This document shows positions 58,106-64,000 of a DNA stretch of 64,000 bases, piece after piece. The stretch's first letter is position 1. Each line of letters begins with the position of its first letter. The DNA is from Oculina patagonica (lineage: Eukaryota): NCBI RefSeq assembly GCF_052425735.1, contig NC_135770.1, forward strand, positions 18,972,001-19,036,000, read 5' to 3'. Made by a program: the position numbers and the translations under genes. The notes beneath the pieces were generated by a model, which was not told the origin of the DNA, ran no database searches, and worked only from the letters and a program-made list of their open reading frames with translations.

Positions 58106-59251
58106 GAGGGTCCTGAAGGGGTAAAATGGGAACTGGGATTTGCCCATTTTGATTGGGATTTGCCTATTGTTTCACTGGGAAAATGGGATTTGGGTCGCTG
58201 GGACTGGGATACAGAAACAAAAATGGGAATAGGAAGAGTGTCAGTAAATGACTAAACATACATGTTTTAATATTCTTTAAGTCCGGCATAGAATAGTTAA
58301 AACGCTGAAAACTCTGAAACAAAACCACTGCACTGCACGAGTGTCCATCAAGTGGCGATCAATTTCCGTGTAAGTGATCAAGTTACCCAGCCGAATAGCT
58401 TTAGAGAATGGGCACAAATGGAATATTCAAAAGAAGTGATAGTAAGTTGTTGTCAGTCAGGGTAGTGGTAGGTAAGAGATAAAAAATTAATAGTTTTAGT
58501 TAAAGCTACTAAAATTTCTAATTTTCTACAAGACAAGTGAACAAATGGAACTTAAATGATGATCTCAACAGTATTTGTGATAATAACTTGCAGAAACAAA
58601 AACATGATTTTGGATAGTCCAGTCCCTTCACTATCACTTTTGCGCCTTATGAAGGGGTAAAACCCTGGAGCGAGAGGTGAGAGTTCAGGATAACTTGTAT
58701 GTGCATGCTCAAAACAAACCAATCAAAAACGACAGAGAAGTGTAGCATTTCTTTCATGTAATGTGCACTCTTGGGTAAAAATAGCTCGCTAAAATGAATT
58801 TTAACTATGCAACCAAAGTGTGAATCTGCAAGAAAAATTGTCCTAACCTTTGTCTAAAGTCATAATTAAAAGAATAGGTACTAAAGCTACAAATTGAATT
58901 AATCATTTGTACGCGTGCATGTCCAAAGGTTCTGTGGAATATAGTTTGGTTTCCCCCCTTTTAAAGGGGGGATGGGGGAGGGCGGGACGACGGATTTCTG
59001 AGCATGCGCATGCAAGTTATTTCTGGACTGGCACTCCTGCGCCTGGATTAATCCCCTATATAGGGCACCGAAGGGTAAGTTCAAGGAGTGGACTACATTT
59101 AAGACAATCAAAACAACACTGACATAATGCGCTTGAGACCAGATTTTTCACGCACTGGGAATTTAGACAAAAAATAGGCTGGGAAATGGGATTTGGGCAA
59201 AATTTAGGCTGGGGAATGGGATTCGGTCCCCCCCCCCCCTTCAGGACCCTC
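58106..59251. mobile_element. Non-autonomous TIR element (GAG termini, possibly Sola2-like)
   Basis: GAGGGTCCTGAAGGGG...CCCCTTCAGGACCCTC with TGGGA subterminal repeats; no clean TSD. Confidence 0.7.
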
Positions 59252-59375
59252 TTTATATTAATTTGTTACGTTTCAATATAATAATATAATAAAAGATTTA
59301 TATAGTGCCATATCCATGGCTCATGGCGCTTTACAGTAAAACTATTATTACAAAAAAAAAAAAAAAATTACTTGA

Positions 59376-59817
59376 GGTGATTTCCTAGAAATAGAACTGC
59401 TCATAGATTTCCAACCAAACTTTGCCAGTTGGTTGTTTACCTTAAGGGAAGTTAAATTTTGAAATAAAAAAGAGGGGTCACCGTATTCGTTTAGGAGCAG
59501 GAAGACCTTGTATTTTCCATATAATTCTTTATATTTCCTTTGCGAGTAATGCTGAAAGTGCACGTTTTCGGTGATTATGTATTATTCTGCCATAGAAATT
59601 GATTTGTATTCATTTTATAGAAAGAATTTGATCGCTACTTTCGAACTAAGAGAAAAAAATACTAGTTCACCGAACTCGTTTACGAGAAAACGACGATTTC
59701 TTTCTCTCGCGAGCCAAGCCGCATAGAAAAAAGCCGCCATTTTGTTTATGTGCGCGCGCTAATTACGCGTAAAATTCTGCGCAGTAAGGATGCGCAATGC
59801 AATACTAGGGAATCACC
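59376..59817. mobile_element. Kolobok-like MITE nested in an L2 tail
   Basis: ttga|GGTGATTTCCTAG...CTAGGGAATCACC|ttaa; L2-like 3' tail at 59276-59345. Confidence 0.6.
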
Positions 59818-59985
59818 TTAAAAAATTTACATTAGTGATAAAAGGAATTACTAACAAATAAAATAGCTGAGCTGTAAAAATGGAAATAAAACTAAGAATC
59901 GTTAAAATCCTTGAATGAATAACTAACCCATTAACTAACTAAACTAACTTAACCCTTTATCGGTCGATTAGAAAGCACCAATTTA

Positions 59986-62900
59986 AGTGCTACCGACTGG
60001 AATTTTCGAGGAAAAAATTTCAAAACTCCGATTTCGCTTTTCTTCATATTCAGTCAAAAGAAACCCTTTGGTGAACTATTTACGAAAATGACATTTAAAA
60101 TTTTCAAAGGGTTTTTATATTTGAGAAAATCGGCAAAAGGTTAAAAGGCCGTTTTCGCGTCCCCGCCGCCATAAAATTTTGTCGAATTTTTGTGGGTATT
60201 CAAAACACTCGTACGGAAAGAAGGTTGAACGTATGAAATTTATCTTTGGCAGGTATTCGGGGCATCCAATATACTACACAGAAACCTAAAAATATTGCAA
60301 AACGATGCAATTAAACAGATCTTTTTTAAAGCCCGAAAATTGGTATTTTGAGCACTTTGGTAAACACTTGAAACAAGGGTAACTTTGGTGGCAAAAATCG
60401 TGTCCTGGTACATCGAAATTTGGAATAAAATATAGATCGGCGTCAAGTACTATTATGGTACTGTAACATATAAAAAATCCAGCCCGGGTAATTGAAAAAC
60501 CACCCGTTGAGAGAAGTAAACGCATAGTGAACATTTCATGTATTGACTACAAAAATTGTCACGGTCACGCAACACTAGTAAACACATTTCGATCTGATTT
60601 ATTCAATGTGTTTTAGTTTTGCTCACTTTGGCTACAGTTTATGCTCGAAAAAGTCTACCTATCTTATGTATAATTTACTGTTTTGTATTCATATAAAAAT
60701 TAATTGTAGAGGATGGGATAACTGATCTGACCGCAAAAATACAAAGGTCAAGTTTCGTGTCATATTTACCGACTTTGCCGCTCACACTGTGTAACTCGCA
60801 CTGTGAAAGAAATAAAACAATTCAAAGCGAAATGTCTTCACAAAGTAGTCTCGAAGCGTGTCATATTTTATTCTGGTGGTTCTGTTTCATTAAATTACTA
60901 ACTATTTAACACTGGTAAAAGTTATTTTTAGTTCCGGCTGTATCGATTCTGTAAAGTTTTTCGAATACCTCAGTCTGTGTACTGTCAACAACATGAATTT
61001 TGCAAATACAGTATGTGTTCATAAACAAGATGATGATCTTATCGACAAGCGTATCTATAGGAGAACATCGCAAAATGAAGTAGCTGTGTTCAACTGCTTG
61101 TATATTTTCCTTTTAAGAGTGCGGGTCCTCGACTTGATATTATACGCCAGAACTGATACATGTACATGTTTACCAAGAACTGCAAGCACTGGAATTAGAT
61201 GTCTGTCTGAATGTCTGTTGATTTCCTGTTTAACAATAACAATAAAAAAACACTCTTGGCTATAAAGCAAAAGATACTCTACCACCAACAGCAGCTTATA
61301 ATTTACCATACATGTCCAAACATAACAAGTAACGATTCTCGGCTGGTTGAACAAATACCAAACACATTCGAAAAGGCGAACTCCACAGCCGTTGTCAGCC
61401 GTCGTCACGCTCTCCCCTTCGCTCAACTGTTCCCAAGCTGTCTGCCTTTCTCCCGTTTGCAGTTCTCTGTCTTTTTACTGCGGCATTCACAACCAATCTC
61501 GACTCCCTCTTTGTACCTCCAGACTCTTAAAATCAAATTCCATCCTTTGGATAGCGGGGAAAGGGAAGGTTTTATACGGGTGTTGGGCGGGGGGAGGGGG
61601 GGGGGTAGGGGGTCAAGGTTTATTTTGTCATTGATCTTATTGTCCCACAAAGTGACCGACCAGATTACCAGAATTGCAGAAGTAATCGTTACCTTAAGGT
61701 TGCTATTTTTAGGGGCTACTTATTTAAGCCATTTTTCTGAGCAAGATTTAGTGACTATTTAATTTAGCGATTTCAGAATTTGTTTTTTTAGGCCAGGCCC
61801 TTGTGTGGGAAATGGTCCAGGCAAACTCTCTTTCGAAGAAAAATCTGTGGCAGCTACAATTCTTTTGCAATGAACTTGGACTAGCTGTTCCTGTACCACA
61901 AGTGAGGAAAAGGGCTCTTTATGTGGTCCTGTTGCAAGAACTTGTCCAGGAATGTAGTTGCATGAATACGGGACCAAGTTAAAATGCTCTGTGTTCTGTT
62001 GCATCTGCAACTATTAAAAACAGTGGCGGATCAAGGGGAGAAGCCATTGGGCCCTGGTCCCCATTATTTTTAGGCTAAACCGAGGCCCACGGGACCAAGA
62101 AAAATCATCTTCAAGAGCTAATTTCAGGTAAGGATGATTGGGGGCCCTACCTACCTAAAGGTCTGGATCCGCCACTGTTATAATTAGTACACATAAGCTA
62201 GCTCCTAATAAATTGTCCAATACTAAGTGTCGTCGTACTAGCCGTGCATTTAAAATTACTGTTTTATACACCTCGAGTGACTTTTAGTACACGCATCTCC
62301 AAGCTACGTGAGATCCGACAAAGAATTGTGCCAAAGTCTTCCTAACGTTGTGTGGCCCTCTGCATTTAATCGTCCCACATATCCTGAAATAAGGCAAGGG
62401 GCAAACCTTCAAATACTGAGAAGTGGAGACAGGAAATGATTTCCGACCAATTTTTTTCTGCAGGGTTGGTCCTTTTCTTCTCTCTACTACAAGGTTTTTT
62501 GTCGCTGTTGTTGTTTTTTTTTTTTTTTTAAGATAAACCTCTCTTCCTGAATTCCTGTCCACCTCAGTATCTGAGGGCTGAGGGCTGAGGGCCAACCCTT
62601 AGCTAGTTCCCAGGCTGCTGTCAGTACAACATACCTCAAGGGTGCAATTTTTAACGGCTTCTAATTTTAGTGATTTAAGCGAGTAGCACGAAAATCGCTA
62701 AATTTAAAAGTACTCGCTAAAATTAGTCTTCGTCAAATTTAATACCCGTTAAATTTTAGTACCTCCCTCCCCCCTCCCCAAAGGAAAATAAATTAATCAT
62801 AGTCGACATCAAAAATTCTTTTAAGAAATGGATATCGAAACTTTGTTCGTTCTGACAATGCCGTCTAGTGATTCTGTTCTTTTACGGAACATTTATTTCC

Positions 62901-64000
62901 ATCTTAGCTATTACTTTATGAAATACTGGTTTACACTGGGTATCTTTTTTTCTAGGGCCTGCTGTTCTCAGTTTTTTAAAAAAATCTGATAATCGCTAAA
63001 TTACATTGTCGCTAAATCTTGCTAAAAAAAATCGCTCAAATTACTACCATCTTAAACCTTAAGGTAACTGATTACACCAGGTAATCTGGTCAGTCACTTT
63101 GTGGGACAATAAGATCAATGACAAAATAAACCTTGACCCCCTATCCCCACCCCCACCCAACACCCGCATAAAACCTTCCCTTTCCCCGCTATCCAAAGGA
63201 TGGAATTTGACTTTAAGAGTCTGGAGGTACAAAGAGTGAGTCGAGATTGGTTGTGAATGAGGTAAAAAGTCAGAGAACCTGTGTAAAAATTGCAAACGGG
63301 AGAAAGGCAGACAGCTTGGGAACAGTGGAGCGAAGGGGAGAGCGTGACGACGGCTTAACAACGGCTGTGGAGATCGCCTTTTCGAATGTGTTTGGTATTT
63401 GCTCAACCAGCCGAGAATCGTTACTTGTTATGTTTGGACATGTATGGTAAATTATAAGCTGCTGTTGGTGGTAGAGTATCTTTTGCTTTATAGCCAAGAG
63501 TGTTTTTTTTTTTTATTGTTATTGTTAAACAGGAAATCAACAGACATTCAGACAGACATCTAATTCCAATTCTTGCAGTTCTTGGTAAACATGTACATGT
63601 ATCAGTTCTGACGTATAATATCAAGTCGAGGACCCGCACTCTTAAAAGGAAAATATACAAGCAGTTGAACACAGCTACTTCATTTTTCGATGTTCTCCTA
63701 TAAATACGCTTGTCGATAAGATCATCATCTTGTTTATGAACACATACTGTATTTGCAAAATTCATGTTGTTGACACACAGACTGAGGTATTCGAAAAACT
63801 TTACAGAATCGATACAGCCGGAACTAAAAATAACTTTTACCAGTGTTAAATAGTTAGTAATTTAATGAAACAGAACCACCAGGATAAAAATATGACACGC
63901 TTCGAGACTACTTTGTGAAGACATTTTGCTTTGAATTGTTTTATTTCTTTCACAGTGCGAGTTACACAGTGTGAGCGGCAAAGTCGGTAAATATGACACG
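59986..64000. mobile_element. Foldback-type element with kilobase inverted arms, right end outside window
   Basis: 60756-61700 is the near-identical reverse complement of 63055-64000. Host intron homology stops at ttaa near 59985. Confidence 0.75.
62021..62177. mobile_element. hAT-like MITE
   Basis: CAGTGGCGGATC...GATCCGCCACTG. Confidence 0.6.

Noticed and set aside
60993-63765. Pairs of near-identical ORFs on opposite strands
   Set aside because: By-product of the inverted repeat; no recognisable domains, and frames differ between the arms.

Overview
AT-rich, intron-containing animal DNA, most likely a stony coral or other anthozoan (inferred from the gene family and repeat types). The backbone is a plus-strand tandem cluster of three paralogs encoding secreted mosaic proteins: signal peptide, optional F5/8 type C discoidin domain, PAN/apple-like domain, EGF, Ca-binding EGF, a half-EGF and a C-terminal domain resembling coral skeletal organic matrix protein 5. 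Copy A (702-10673) is a pseudogene, copy B (28567-37048, 449 aa) is intact and lacks discoidin, and copy C (from 47053) is in frame but runs past the window. Between A and B a ~206-bp satellite is split by a full-length ~10.1-kb Helentron (13586-23676, minus strand). It encodes a ~2460-aa polyprotein with an N-terminal 2A/StopGo motif (DVETNPGP), a herpesvirus-tegument-type deubiquitinase, STPR-like repeats, two C2H2 fingers, HUH Rep, PIF1 helicase and AP endonuclease, broken only by a -1 shift at a U9 run. An intron of copy A holds a back-to-back pair of hammerhead ribozymes with an 11-bp target duplication. The rest is nested mobile DNA: Penelope-like, Sola3, Academ, Kolobok-, piggyBac-, Tc1- and Crypton-like elements, plus a long foldback. 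All calls come from reading motifs by eye; no searches were run.
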